Shown here piece after piece: positions 38,811-51,131 of a stretch of 64,000 nucleotides of DNA. Position 1 is the first letter of the stretch; each line of letters starts with the position of its first letter. Made by a program: the position numbers and the translations under genes. The notes beneath the pieces were generated by a model. That model made no database searches. It was not told the DNA's origin and saw only the letters and a program-made list of their open reading frames with translations. Source of the DNA: Camelus dromedarius (Eukaryota); the NCBI RefSeq assembly GCF_036321535.1, contig NC_087436.1, positions 53,880,001 to 53,944,000 on the forward strand. Direction: 5' to 3'.

Positions 38811-40914
38811 GGATCCAGAAATCTCTCCATCTGTTTCTTGAGATTCTCACCCTCCCTTGAGACCCGTGCCCCCTCATGAAACCCTCCCTCATCTTGGCAC
38901 CTGGTGGCCTTCTCTGAACTTGCCATTTTCCTTCAGTCTCATTGATGGCTTCTGCTGCAAATTGGCTTGTATATCAATAATTGATCCCTATCATCTTTGT
39001 GACTAGATGGCACGTGCCATCAGGGCTTGGTCCCTGTGGTCATTTTATCAACCTGTGCGTGTAGCAGGGTGTCCTACCCATCACTCTGGGACCCAGACTC
39101 CGAGGTGTTTGTTAAGAAATTGTATGGTGCCTTGGGTGCTTTGCTGCCTTTGTGCTGACATTTGAAAGCTGTGAAATTAGGTTTGTGTGTGGACTCTTGG
39201 GAGCGGGAGCTTCTTGCTGTGACCACTGCCCAGATCAGAGGTCTTGGTCGGCTGGGCTGCCTTGGACTCCTGTGTGTCTGAGAAAGGATAGTACTGGGTG
39301 GGCATTGGGATTCCAGCTTCTATGTGGAGATCCTCAATTTCCTGTTTTCCGACATGACTTTGATAGATCTGAGGTTCCTTTCAGCTCCAGCTGAGTATGA
39401 GCAGAGATCAGTAACAGCTTCCTCTCTGATTAAGCACAGCCTGGTACCTTTAAACATCAGCTCTTGAAGCATGGAACAGATAATGATTTTAGCCTATGAG
39501 ACCTGCATTTTATAATGGAAGATGTTTTTAGATGTGTTCCATGGGTGTGTACACCGTTCTGTAGATCCTCTGTGTGAGGGTATTTATACACAGCATTACT
39601 CATGTAGAGCCTTTCATCTACAATGAAAAATATGATATAAGCCAGAATAGAATATTTATGTCTTTACTATACACCCTGTCTCATGTTTGGAGCCCAGTTC
39701 TGAGATCCTGACTACTGATGAAATTTAGAGGAATGTAGGACCCATTTTATGTTTACACAAATCATCTACCCAAAGGTTGACCTCATTTAAAGAGACTGAT
39801 TTAATTTAGGAAAGTTATTTCATTCTCCTTTAAATTGAATTTAAGACGCTTGACTGAAACAATAACAGCAGAGAACTGTCTGTGCAGCAGTATAAACCAA
39901 TGGATCTAGACATAGTGAAATCCACGGATAAAGTGCATAGCAGAAATACCTAGAGGATTATGAGTTAAAAGCAAATTACTTAACACCTAGTGATACAAAC
40001 AGTGAAAAGATAAATAACCCACTGATCACTGAATAATAAAATCTAGTAGAAGTTACTGATGCAGTTTTTATAATGACTTTCTTTTTTGAAAGGCTGATGG
40101 ATACTTGGGTTTGTATAGTAAATCTGTTCATCCATAGGCACATTTTTCTCTTTTGAGCATCAGACACTTATCAGGGACTTGGGAAGTGAGTTTAGTTCAA
40201 TTCGGTGCTCAGAGAGTTTGCACACAAGCTTCCTTATTTTGATTGTTCCCTATCCAGTCTGCCATTTACCATTTAAATGTATGTCAAAGGAAGCAGGATT
40301 TGTCTTAAAAGAGATTTGGAGAAAAATCTTCCTTCAATATTTAAAGTGCTCAACAAAGTCACGTTCACACAGAAGTCAGTTTTGAGATGAGGAAGTTAAA
40401 ATCAGGCAGCTTCTTGTACATTTCTGGCTGAAAGCCTGTCTGATGCGATTGACATGGAGCACTAATGAATCACCCAGGGTCTCTTCATTCACTAATTACA
40501 CTGCATCAAACTTCCCTGCTGGCTGAGGCTCAAGGGCAAACCTTGGGCTTCTAGCCAGCTTATTTTTCATAAGCATCATGCTACCTCTGTAAATTAGTGT
40601 GAACCTACTGCATACTGTCAGTGGTTTACTTTCCCATGGCGACCCTCTCCGGTTAAACAGCTTTAAATGAAAACTTACATTGAGAATGAAAAGAAGTTTC
40701 TTGAAAAGGAGGGGAAAAAAAGAGAAAGATTTAAAATCAGTTTTGTAATCTTTTTTTCCCACAGTATATAGTATTTTGGTTCCAGTAAAAAAAAAAAAAT
40801 CTGCTAGATTAATTGACTAATGCACAGATGACATGATGAATACTTTTTGTTATCTGAAAAGTGAGCCTCTCTGATGCTTAAGAAAGCGGCTTTTTCCATG
40901 ACGTTGTTAATTGC

Positions 40915-41110
40915 AATGATAACCTGTTTATTGAGTTTCTACCACACACAAAACACAGACCTTAACTCAAACTCTCACATCAGTCCTATAAGGATGTTAT
41001 TACTGCCTCCATTTACAGGTGAGAAAGTTGAGTCTGTCAACTTGTATCTAGTAAGTGCTGGAGTCCAGATTTGAACCATAGTTTGTCACCAAAGGCCGTG
41101 CTCATTTAAT
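40915..41110 (-). mobile_element. MIR SINE
   Basis: tttattgag…ccatttacaggtgagaaa…ctagtaagtgctggag…gatttgaacc. Confidence 0.7.
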
Positions 41111-42119
41111 TGTGTTACTATTCATGACTCATTGAGTTCCTTTATATGACCCCTTTTCACTTGAGGAAAATACGAACGGTCTTAGTCTTTAAAAATATTC
41201 CTATTTCCATATTCCTCTTTTACATTCTTCTGAATTAATAAATCACTTTAGAAGCATGTTGATCTCTAGCACGTTGTTATGTCTTCAAATTATTTTAATG
41301 TCATGCAGCTTTTGTTTGGAGAACAAAAAGTTGTGGGCATCTTTGAACCAGAGGAAATAGGTGCGGTGTATTCACACATCATTCACGCTGCTGTTCATCT
41401 TGAGACACTTCCAAACAGCTCTGATAGAAAAGGAACATTCCAGAGTGCACATACATGGATAGTTTCCAAGGCAGTGCCTGTTGAGAACCCGGCCTTCCAT
41501 CCTGAAGCACCAAATGGTTTGGCTACAGCTTGTCCTCTCTGTAAATTAATTTGCAAGAGCTGTGGAATAAACTCTTACATAAAAGAACAGTACAAAAGAG
41601 TGATTTGTCAAAACCCAATCCCCCTGTTAAAAATACCTAACTAGAGAGAGCAGGTTGATAGTCAGTGGTTCATACGGGTACTGTGTTAAGCCAATACTCT
41701 CCTCCTTAGTATGCAGGGCTGATGGTCTTGGTTGAAAAGAATCCATTCCATTTCTTTTTATAGTGTCATGAAAAGTTGGAAAGAGGAAAAACTGAGCTGA
41801 ACATACAGAATAAATAACTAAATGGTGCCGGCAGTCTGCCCTTTTGTTTTCAGACCTTCTCCCTCCCCATCCTTTGTGAGTCATTGAGCCAGTGAGATGG
41901 ATCAAAGACGCCTCAGTGTATGGGACATTTTATGTGGAGTTTTATTTGTCATCCCCAGCAGAGGACTCACTGCCGGCCGCCTTCGACGGATAATCAGTGG
42001 GTTCGGGTCTCCGGGGTGTGTTGCCTGTATCCTGCATTCATCTTGCAAGATGTTTTAGGTTGCGATTGAATATAAAACATCAGAAAGATGATGTCAATCC
42101 AGGGAAAATATTAAGGGGA

Positions 42120-42275
42120 TTTTATTTTATTTTTTAAACAACTTTTTTTTGTGGTGTAATTTCTGCACAGTAAATTACACGTATTTCAGATGTGCAGTTT
42201 GATGAATTTTGATGGATGTGCACACCCATGAAACCACCACCACAATCCAGATGCCGAACAATTCCATCACTCCTG
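42120..42275 (-). mobile_element. Old L1M 3' end fragment
   Basis: gtgcagtttgatgaattttgat…acacccatgaaaccaccaccacaatccagat…aacaattccatcac. Confidence 0.75.
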
Positions 42276-43069
42276 AGGGGATTTTAAACATGAGTGTGGA
42301 CATGTGAAAAAAGAGCTTGAAGTGAAGGTACCTAGTGTCATTCTTTTTGGTGCTTATTTAATTGGATCAGAATTCTAAGTCCTGTAATAGCTGTTAAGAA
42401 GCCTTCATGGCATTTGTAGGATGTGGCTTATTTCTCTTAGAACTTACTTAACATTTCAAAGACCCAAGGGGAGAAAATTCAGTTCTGTTTTAACATGAAC
42501 TTGTGGTTCTCAAAGATGATTTCTTGAATGCCTTTGTTATGAATGTTATCAGTAAGATTTCATTTTAAACATTCTGAATTCTAACAAGAGGTGAGTGTAC
42601 TCTGAATATAGTTTTCTGTAGTGCCTTTGCCTGCATGTGGTGGGAGGAGGGTGTGTGAGAGTGGGTGATGGGGGCAGAGGGGGAGGCACCACCATTCCGC
42701 TCATTCTGTGTAATGCTGGAAAAATTGAAGTTACATTCCCCTGGGATTCTGTAACATTTATTTCTAACTGAGGCACCATGTTTACCGAAATTCACCTGAA
42801 ATATGCAGTTATTTCTTTGAAGTGTTTTTAATATTTACATTTAAATGAGAACATTTTTAAATGAAAGAATTATACATTGACTCATGTAAATTATACATTG
42901 ACTATAATGGCAGCGATGTTTATTTAGTAACAGAGTCGCTTTTTCCCCCAGAAAATATGTAAATGTCACTGTAATTCTTAGAAAAGAAAGTAGATTTTAC
43001 TGGCCAAGCAAATAAATTTTTTAAAAAAGACAACAAAATTAAAAAAAAAAAAAACGGATACACAGGCAC

Positions 43070-43215
43070 AGACAGTATTCTTTTCCATTATAAGTTATTA
43101 CAAGATAGTGAATTTAGTTCCCTGTGTAATACAGTAGGACCTTGTTTATCTATTTTATATAGAGTAGTGTGTATCTGTTAATCCCAAACTCCTAATTTAT
43201 ATCCCTCCCCTTTCC
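43070..43215 (-). mobile_element. L1 3'UTR fragment
   Basis: ttttccattataagttattacaagat…agttccctgtg…acagtaggaccttgtt…atctgttaatcccaaactcctaatttat is the antisense of 34765-34890. Confidence 0.85.
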
Positions 43216-43229
43216 AGCACTTCTATTTG

Positions 43230-44525
43230 TATGTCCAACATTCATCCAAGTGGTAACATGTCTAAAACTGAACTTTAAAATTGATCTTTCTCCTGAAATA
43301 TTCTCCTCGACCTGTATTCCTAACTTACAGAAGGCCACCACAGCCTATCAAGTTGCTTCAGCTAAAAGCCTAGGAATTTTCTTCAATTCCTCTCTCTTCC
43401 TCATCGCCCGCAACGAATCCACTTGTTTATTCAACAGACACTTACTTAAGATCGACTGCAAAACACATGTTCTAAGGTTGGGGGACACAGGATGAACTCA
43501 GCAGACAAGAGTCCTGCTCCCAGGGAGCTAGTTTTCATGGACATGAATATCCCCATTTTATAGATTTGGAAACTGAGGAATAGAGAGTAAGGGACTTGCC
43601 CTTGGTCACATATTTAGGGTTCAGATCCAGGCATTCTGGTTCAGAAATCCATGGTCCTACCCTTATGCCCTGTGCTTCCTGCCGCCCAGTCCCGAGACCC
43701 CCGCAACCTTCTCTTCTGTCCTCATCCTCCTGCCATTGCCTCTGCCTTTCTGGGCCGGGGTCACTGTCACCAGAATCACTGCAGTAGCCTCCCAGCTTGT
43801 CTCATGGCCTGCAGTCTTGCCTCTCTTCAACTCATTCCCTGTGCTGTCCTGGAATGATTTTTCTAAAATGCAGTCTGATCCTGTCACTCACTGTTTTGCT
43901 AAAAATCCTTGGTTAGCTTCGAGTAGCCTGGGTGGTGCCTTGGTCCCCAGGACACACACTGCTGCCTGCCCTGATAAGGCCCCTGCTTAGCCACCTCTAG
44001 CCTAGAGGTTCTCAGACTGGACTGTGCATCACCATTAGCTGGGGCGCTTGTCAAGACGAGGCTTGCTGGGCCCCACCCCCAGAGTTTCTGAGGAGGCAGG
44101 TCCGGCCGCTGAGAATTTGCATTTCTACCAAGTCCCTGGGTGACCCGCTTGCAGATTCCTGATGGACGTGCTGTTTCAGGCTTTGATCCTTTGGTACAAG
44201 CTGTTTCCTCCACAGGAGGTGGTCTTCCTCTCTCCTTCCCTTTAACACACAGTTCAAGTGTCACTTCCTAGGAAGCTTCCTCTGACCACCCCTCCCTCCG
44301 CATCCCTGAGCCTCCCCTCTGAGTTTCTATGGCAACATGTCTCTGCAAAGACGCCACCCCTTTCTCTCTGCCTGAGCCTTGGTTTTGCTTATCTCTTCCC
44401 ACCCACTGCCCCGCAACTGTTAGCTCTTTAAGAAAAAAGATCATCTGTTATATTTTTCACCTTTCTGTCCCTGGCACCCCATAGGGCCCAGTATATATTG
44501 AAGGTATGTACTTATTAAATGACTT
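43230..44525 (+). mobile_element. Fragmented L2 with nested L2(-), MIR and MER5A pieces
   Basis: aacatgtctaaaactgaact…gctaaaagcctaggaat…ctgcagtagcctcc…ttttctaaaatgcagtctgatcctgtcactc. Confidence 0.65.
44003..44175 (+). mobile_element. MER5A (hAT-Charlie MITE)
   Basis: ggttctcagact…ttgctgggccccacccccagagtttctga…tgagaatttgcatttctaccaagtccc. Confidence 0.85.
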
Positions 44526-45614
44526 GAAATATATAATCCTACTTGTGCTTTAAAAAAGAGTAATCCTATTTTAATTTTTATTTGCATTAACCTTTAAATC
44601 TTGCCTAGGTTGTTTCTGTAAAACCTGAAGACGTTTCAACTCAAAAACAGTATACATCTGAGGGCATTAAACTTTCAAAGCTGCCATTAGCTGGAGCTGC
44701 ACTGTTTGGCTGTTTCATGCAGACAGCAGGAGCTTATTCCCACAAAGGCTGATGTTTGTCTACAGATAACTTGCTTCTCGTGGCTCTGGTTTGAAATACT
44801 TGAATTATCCCTCTGTCCTCCTCAGCCTTCAGAACATCTCTCTGGTCTGTTCTTGGCCTTGGTTTATCTCATCAGAGAATCACAGATGGAATAGCCTGGG
44901 CAGCATAAGCCTGGCTTTTCCTGAGACAAAGATCCGTGGGCCGTCAACTTGCAGCCTCCACGTTTCCATCCCGAATTGTGTAATCCCCCACGTTCCTTTC
45001 TGTGTGCCTGCATTGCCTGAGTAATTTCCGAGAGGCATACAGGTTTTATTGCCTACATTGCCCTCCCCTTTTCTCTCCCTTCCCACCTCAGATTGCTAGT
45101 TCTTGCCAAAATGTTAATAAGCTCCAACCTCTAGCAAAGGAATTTCCGAACAAGACTGTCCCCTCATCACAGACATTTCTTCAAGAGGTGCTCTGGCCCT
45201 CTCCCGGTGCGGAGCAAGCTCAGAGGCCTGGAGCCCCTCCATCCTCGGGGGACCAGGAGGAGAGAACACGGGTCCACAATGCCTAGGGGCCGCTGCTGCT
45301 TCAGAAACCATTTCTTGGGTTCTAGCTGTATCATTCTGCTTCCAAAATTCAACAAGCAAGTAGGGGGGCAGCCATCTCTGTGAGGTAGAAGTGGGCTGAA
45401 TTATGTGTAACTTCTCACACCAACTCACAACCGCTCACCTGGTTGTTCAGAACAACGAGAGTCTCTCCTCACCTACTTGGAAAGGAACTGCCTCTCCATC
45501 AGATCGTTATTAGTCTCTAGAGCCCCACTGTGCTCGCTCCTGTTCGCATGTTTGATTGTTTACCATAAACTTGTCACAGGACTAAGCACAAAGGAAATTA
45601 ATCTGCTCTCTTGT

Positions 45615-45990
45615 TTCTGTCTTAGGACCCTCTTGGTTGCAAGTGACAGAAAGCCCCCAAGGTAGCTTGAGGTAAAATGGGTGGGGAGGAGGGGAGACGT
45701 CCAATAAGGACCCAGGGGCGGTGCATGGAACGCAGGATCGGGAAATGGGACCAGGGGTCCTGGGGATAAGGAGCAGAGGGTTGTCGGAAACAGAAGTCCG
45801 CCTTGGTCTCTTCTAGGCCATCGGCATCAGCGTGCCCTCCCCATAGCACCCAGACTGTTCTAGCATAAGGGAGACTGAAGCTGACCAACACCACCATGTC
45901 CAGAACCCCATTTCTGGGCAAGAAAGCCTCATATTTAGTAAATAGCTCTTCCTGAGTCATGGTCCTGCCTTAGTCTCCTCCTCAGTCTAC
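45615..45990 (-). mobile_element. LTR16/LTR33-like ERVL LTR fragment
   Basis: ttaggaccctcttggttgcaagtgacagaaagccc…agctt start motif; the remainder is highly degraded. Confidence 0.5.
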
Positions 45991-46506
45991 AGAGGGTTGA
46001 GAGGGAGTGGGCTCTCCTTTGCAAATGTGGCTGCAGGGGCCCACCCTTCGTGGGGCCAGTTTTCCCAAAAAGGGGGGGTGATATATCCCACATTCTTCCA
46101 AAAAGATTGTGTTTTTTTTTTAATGGATGTAACGAAACCAAAACACATCACAGAGGATATAATATAAAAGCAAGGAGTTATAATAAGGTTAGGGAGAGGG
46201 GAGATACATCAAGAAGCCCTGATGGGGAGAAATTTACTGTAATGTGGGATTTCAGGATTATTGGGCCAGTAAACACCGGGCGTTCACGAACCAGATTGCT
46301 AAGATTAGAAACGGAAAAGACCTGAAGGTAAACATGATCTCAGCATTTTGATCAGGGCTGGTTTCTTGTCAGTGCACGGGGATGCTTGTATCCACTGTTC
46401 CTGGAAGGAGCCTCCCGCCTGCATCAGGGGAAGGGACATGATTAATTGGAGGGCAGGTGCTGCTGCCCCTTAAACAGGCACCTGCTGTCCCTGCGGTTCA
46501 CATAGC

Positions 46507-47695
46507 CCCCACCACTCCTGGAGTCCGACCCAGGGCACGTCACTCCCTGACAGTCCTGTGCGTGTAAATGTCAACTAAGGGTCCATGCAGTGAGTGGTGC
46601 AGAAGGTGAGACGAGAGGGCCCTCTGGTCACTGTGAGTGAGGGTGCACTCTCATCCCAGGAGAAGGCAGGCCTGGAAGCAGGGTTCACACTGACACATGG
46701 TGGGTCTGGGAGGGGAGGAGGCAGCTGAGGACGGGGAGGGGAGGGAGCGAATATGTAGGAAGTACCGCTATTCCAGGCATGTGATTTGATTTGAGAACCT
46801 CAGCCGGTCCTCACATTGTCACATTGACCCCTTCAGTTGTTTTGTGCGTTTCCTGGGGTGCCCTATTACCTCCATCTGACAGATGAGGACCAGGGGGCTC
46901 TCGGAAGTCAGGAAACCCTCCAGTGGTTCTTCCTGTTTCTGGGAGAAACCAGCTGTCACCATGGCCTTCTAAGCCCAACCAGCGTGACTCCTGTTACTCT
47001 GCTCTATGGGTTCCGTCCTCGGTGGCCATTCCTCCAACGGGCCTGCACACTGGGCCTTAGGGTCTTCACCAGGCTGCTCCTTAGCCTGGAACACAGTTCC
47101 CCACCACTCCTGGAGTCCGACCCAGGGCACGTCACTCCCTGACAGTCCTGTGCGTGTAAATGTCAACTAAGGGTCCATGCAGTGAGTGGTGCAGAAGGTG
47201 AGACGAGAGGGCCCTCTGGTCACTGTGAGTGAGGGTGCGCTCTCATCCCAGGAGAAGGCAGGACTGGAAGCAGGGTTCACACTGACACGTGGTGGGTCTG
47301 GGAGGGGAGGAGGCTGAGGACGGGGAGGGGAGGGAGCTAATATGTAGGAAGTACCGACTATTCCAGACATGCGATTCGATTTGTGAACCTCATCCAGTCC
47401 TCACATTGTCACGCTGACCCCTACAGTTGTTTTGTGCGTTTCCTGGGGTGCCCTATTACCTCCATCTGACAGATGAGGACCAGGGGGCTCTCGGAAGTCA
47501 GGAAACCCTCCAGTGGTTCTTTCTCTCTCTGGGAGAAACCAGCTGTCACCACGGCCTTCTAAGCCCAACCAGCGTGACTCATGTTACTCTCTGCCCTGTG
47601 GGCTCTGTCCTCAGGTGGCTGTTCCTCCAACGGACCTGCACACCCGCGCCTTAGGGCCTTCACCAGGCTGCTCCTTAGCCTGGAACACAGTTCCC
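46507..47695. repeat. ~592-bp direct tandem duplication
   Basis: accactcctggagtccgacccagggcacg starts at 46511 and 47103; ccttagcctggaacacagttccc ends near 47101 and at 47695; paralogous ORFs at 46837 and 47427. Confidence 0.98.
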
Positions 47696-48045
47696 TGACA
47701 CCTGCCAGTCAGCTCCATCTCCTTCATCATTTTGCTTATCTAACTCTTAATGGAGACTTACTTGGTCCCTCTATTTTAGTGTCACAAGCCCTCCCTCCGC
47801 CCTGGGCCACATTTCAGCCCCCTTGTGCTGTTCTCTTTTCCCGCAGTGCTTCTCGTCTTCTAAAATTGTATATTACCTAACTCACTTGTTTCTTTTTATT
47901 GTCTTTCCCTCCACACGCCGGACTAGAATGTCAGCCCTAAGGGCAGGCATGTTTGTCTGTTTTGCCTCTCGGTTTATCCAGAGCCCCTGGAGGGCTGCCT
48001 GGCTCTTAGTAGATGCTCAGTAAATACGTGTTGAATAAATGAAGA
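47580..48045 (+). mobile_element. L2 LINE 3' end (its 5' part lies inside the duplication)
   Basis: agggccttcac…gcctggaacac…actagaatgtcagccctaagggcagg…tagtagatgctcagtaaatacgtgttgaataaatgaa. Confidence 0.8.
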
Positions 48046-49169
48046 GCCTTTCCCGAGGTCACCGAACCACGACGTGCCGGAGCCGGGCTTCCGCAGGCTG
48101 CACGTGTTCAGGCCGCGTGGAGGAGGCCATTCAGGCCAAGCGAAGTGAGAAGTTGACCCTGGCTCAGATGGGGAATGTCCGGTTTACAAGTTCGGACTTT
48201 ATCTGCCGTGCCATCTTATCATGAGGATTCCAGGCGGTTTGAGTGTACAAACTGGGACGTGGGGACCCGGTGGCAGAATTGAGATTGCCTTTCTGTGTAT
48301 TGAATTTTCCACCAGCCCATGTTTACTCCTCTGACGTGGCAAGAATTGTGCCCACAGGCATTTTGTTCCTGAAATCACCCCTGCTTTATAAAAACAACAT
48401 GGGTTTTGTTAACATAAGTATTTAGCCCACTTGTGTGGCCTGCTCCACCTCACCCACCCCTGCCAGGCCTGGAGTGGTGGTCACAAGTGTCTGAAAGCAT
48501 CTAATAACACGTACACGTGTTGCAGCTTCAGGAAAATACGTCTTTCCTCGTGGCATTCTTTCTCTTTCCTCTTTTCTGTGCCAAACATTTTAAATGAATC
48601 TCTCCTGTTTATTCAGGCAGAACTTAACATTTTAAAAACAACTTTATCAGAATGATGAAGGAGTAACAGTTCTTTCCATTGTTACTTAGGATAATATTTT
48701 TGAGGCTCCAGTTCAGGTGGGAAGGATTGACCTGGTTTTTATTTTCCTCTGTTGTGTTTACCTTGCTGCCTTGTTATTTTGAGTCTATTCACAGGATGCT
48801 GGCAGATGCCGTTGACGTAATTGTTACTTTTTAAGCAAAACGGATTGAAAATGTCCATTTGAGAGTTGCCTGTGGACTTTAATGTCCATGTAGACATTAC
48901 TACTTCCTTCTATGAATAAAAGTAATAGGTGGTGGTGGACGTGTGTATAGATTTTACATAATTTATTTTTTTTAAAGTATACAAACTGAAATTTGCTTCA
49001 GAGAGAATTCAGACAGCAGCCCAAATGCCCACGAAAGAAAGCTGTCCTTCAGAAATGTTGCTAGATCTCAAGCTAGTTATGAAACTGACACCCGAGAGTT
49101 ATTTCTGTCAGAGAGGACGAAAGATGGATTTTGAAGAGCCATGGTCTCCATGAAGAAGATGCCAGAAAC

Positions 49170-50045
49170 ACAGGCATTACCCTTATCCCCCCCACACACC
49201 TTCTCCATATTCAGGCATCGCTGAAAATGTCAGTGTTACTTCTGAATACTCTCAGTTCCACCCACTTCTCCAGCACATTCAGTCCAGGACACAGTCAGGT
49301 CTTGTCTGCAGGACCACAGATGCCTCCTTCTAGCTGCTGTGCACACACACTCAGCTCTCTCTCACCTTTTCTGCAACTCAGATCCTCTTTCCAAAGCCCA
49401 AATCTGATAAAGACCCACCTCCTCACCCCACCCCAGCCCTCTACCACAGGGGGCCCTTACATGGCTGCCTGTCACTTGTAGGGAGATGACTGAATTCCTT
49501 AAAAGTGTTTCACGAGGCCCTGCATGGGTTGGCCCTGTTTGTATCTCTACTTGAAAACCTGCCATCCCTTCCCCTCTTACCAGTTCTCTGTGCACCAGCC
49601 GTACCAGTCACTGTTTAGACCCTTTTACTTGCTGTGCTTCTCTCACTGAAGGGCCTTTGCACATTCTTGTCCCTCTGCCTGAAACACTCTTCCTTCCTTC
49701 CTTTGCCTGTTAACATCTTCTCATCTTGCAGACCCCAGTTCCTACATCCCTTACTTCGAGAAGCCCTTGTGGACCACTCTCTGGGTCCCACTTCCCTCTT
49801 ATGGTTTGTATTGGCTGTATTTTCTTCTTTAGAGCACTGTCAAGGGCTGTGTCTGTTACACTTTGTCTGTCTGTCTGTCACTGTCTGTTACACTTTGATT
49901 GAAATCTTTCTTACTGAACTGCAAGCTCACTGGGGGCAGGAACTGTTCCTGTTTTCTTCCCTCCATTTATCACCAGAGAAAAGCAGTGCCTAGCACAAAG
50001 TAGGAACTCAAGAATATTTGTTGAAGGTTGTAGATAGATGGATGA
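49170..50045 (+). mobile_element. L2 LINE 3' region
   Basis: agggcctttgcacattcttgtccctctgcctgaaacactcttcc…cagtgcctagcacaaagtaggaactcaagaatatttgttgaa. Confidence 0.8.
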
Positions 50046-50679
50046 ACACCTTGAAATATCCATTTTTGCACTGTTACGGTGGAGCGCTGGTCCATTTCTA
50101 AGATGTTGGAGGCTCAGCGGGGATGAAAACAACAGATGGGGGAAGAGATTCCCTACTTGTGCCCCTCCTAGCCCTGGTCACGTCCCAGGGCCATCTTCCT
50201 CTCCAGCGTTTGCTCAGGGTCAGCTCCGCAGAATCTGGTCCCGCCAGGCTTCCGTCAACGTGCCGCTGTCCCAGCTTCCACCTAGTGCCACTCTCACTCC
50301 CAAGCAGGAAAACACACCTTTGCCTTGAACACCTAGAAGTTAAAGGAGCAATTTTGAGTCTTAGGACATGAATTTCAGGATAATTCTCTATCTCTTACGT
50401 GGCTGGACAAACATTGTAGGCACATTGGCAAAGCACTGTGATAGTTTTGAGCTTGGGATGAGGGGTCAGGTCTCCTGGGCAACCCGGCTCAGGCACCTGT
50501 GTAATCTCAGGAGGCTGAATTCATGTTTTGGAGTCTCAATTTCCTTATGTATAGAATGGGGATAATACTGTTACTACATGGGATTATTGTGGGGTACTTT
50601 AGACCAGCGTTGTCCGTTAGTCATATAGGGTGAACCGTGTATATAATTTAAATGTTCCAGCAGCTGTATTTTAAAAATT

Positions 50680-50843
50680 ACACATAAAATAAATAAGCTT
50701 CAAGGATATGTAAACAGCACAGGGAAATATAGCCATTATTTTATTGCTTTAAATGGAGTATAATCCATAAAAATATTGAATCACTATGTTGTACACCTGA
50801 AACTAGTATAGTACTACAAATCAACTGTACTTCAATTAAAAAA
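50680..50843 (+). mobile_element. L1 3' tail fragment inside MER33
   Basis: acagcacagggaaatatagcc…gaatcactatgttgtacacctgaaacta…aatcaactgtacttcaattaaaaa. Confidence 0.85.
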
Positions 50844-50981
50844 GTAATGTGAAATAAGTGAAGTTAATTTTAATATATTTAACCAAATATGTTCAAAGTA
50901 TTATCATTTCAACATCAGAATCAAAAATAAATCAACTGTTAATGAGATCTTTTACATTTTTTTTCTCTCATAGAGTCTTTA

Positions 50982-51131
50982 CTTTTTAAAAAAGATTTCT
51001 TATTTTGCGGGGGGTGATTAGGTTTTTTTTTTATTATTATTATACTGTTTTTCTGTAATGGAGGTACTGGACATTGAAACCAGGACCTCGTGCATGTTAA
51101 GCATGCGCTCTGCCACTGAGCTACACCCTCC
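50982..51131 (-). mobile_element. Vic-1-like SINE inside MER33
   Basis: ggaggtactggacattgaaaccaggacctcgtgcatgttaagcatgcgctctgccactgagctacaccctcc. Confidence 0.88.

Noticed and set aside
38998..39018. CTCF-like tgactagatggcac (and similar weak matches near 9640 and 24133)
   Set aside because: Key 5' core positions mismatch, and this match lies in L2-like sequence.
40830..40878. C/D box snoRNA-like ATGATGA…CTGA…CTGA
   Set aside because: It spans only about 45 nt, with no terminal stem and no convincing C' box.
41000..41025. Recursive-splice-like ccatttacag|gtgaga
   Set aside because: It derives from the MIR core (ccattttacagatgag) and has a weak pyrimidine tract.
42868..42903. 15-bp direct repeat aattatacattgact (a similar short repeat lies near 49850-49896)
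   Set aside because: Only two copies, consistent with ordinary replication slippage; not an array or CRISPR-like structure.
46120..46330. A/G-rich segment considered as a NUMT or viral insert
   Set aside because: I recognise no mitochondrial or viral gene in any frame and see no TSD; it is unsupported without a BLAST search.
46837..47654. Two paralogous ORFs beginning MFCAFPGVPYY
   Set aside because: They are a by-product of the tandem duplication: TTG starts, divergent frameshifted ends and overlap with an L2 remnant.
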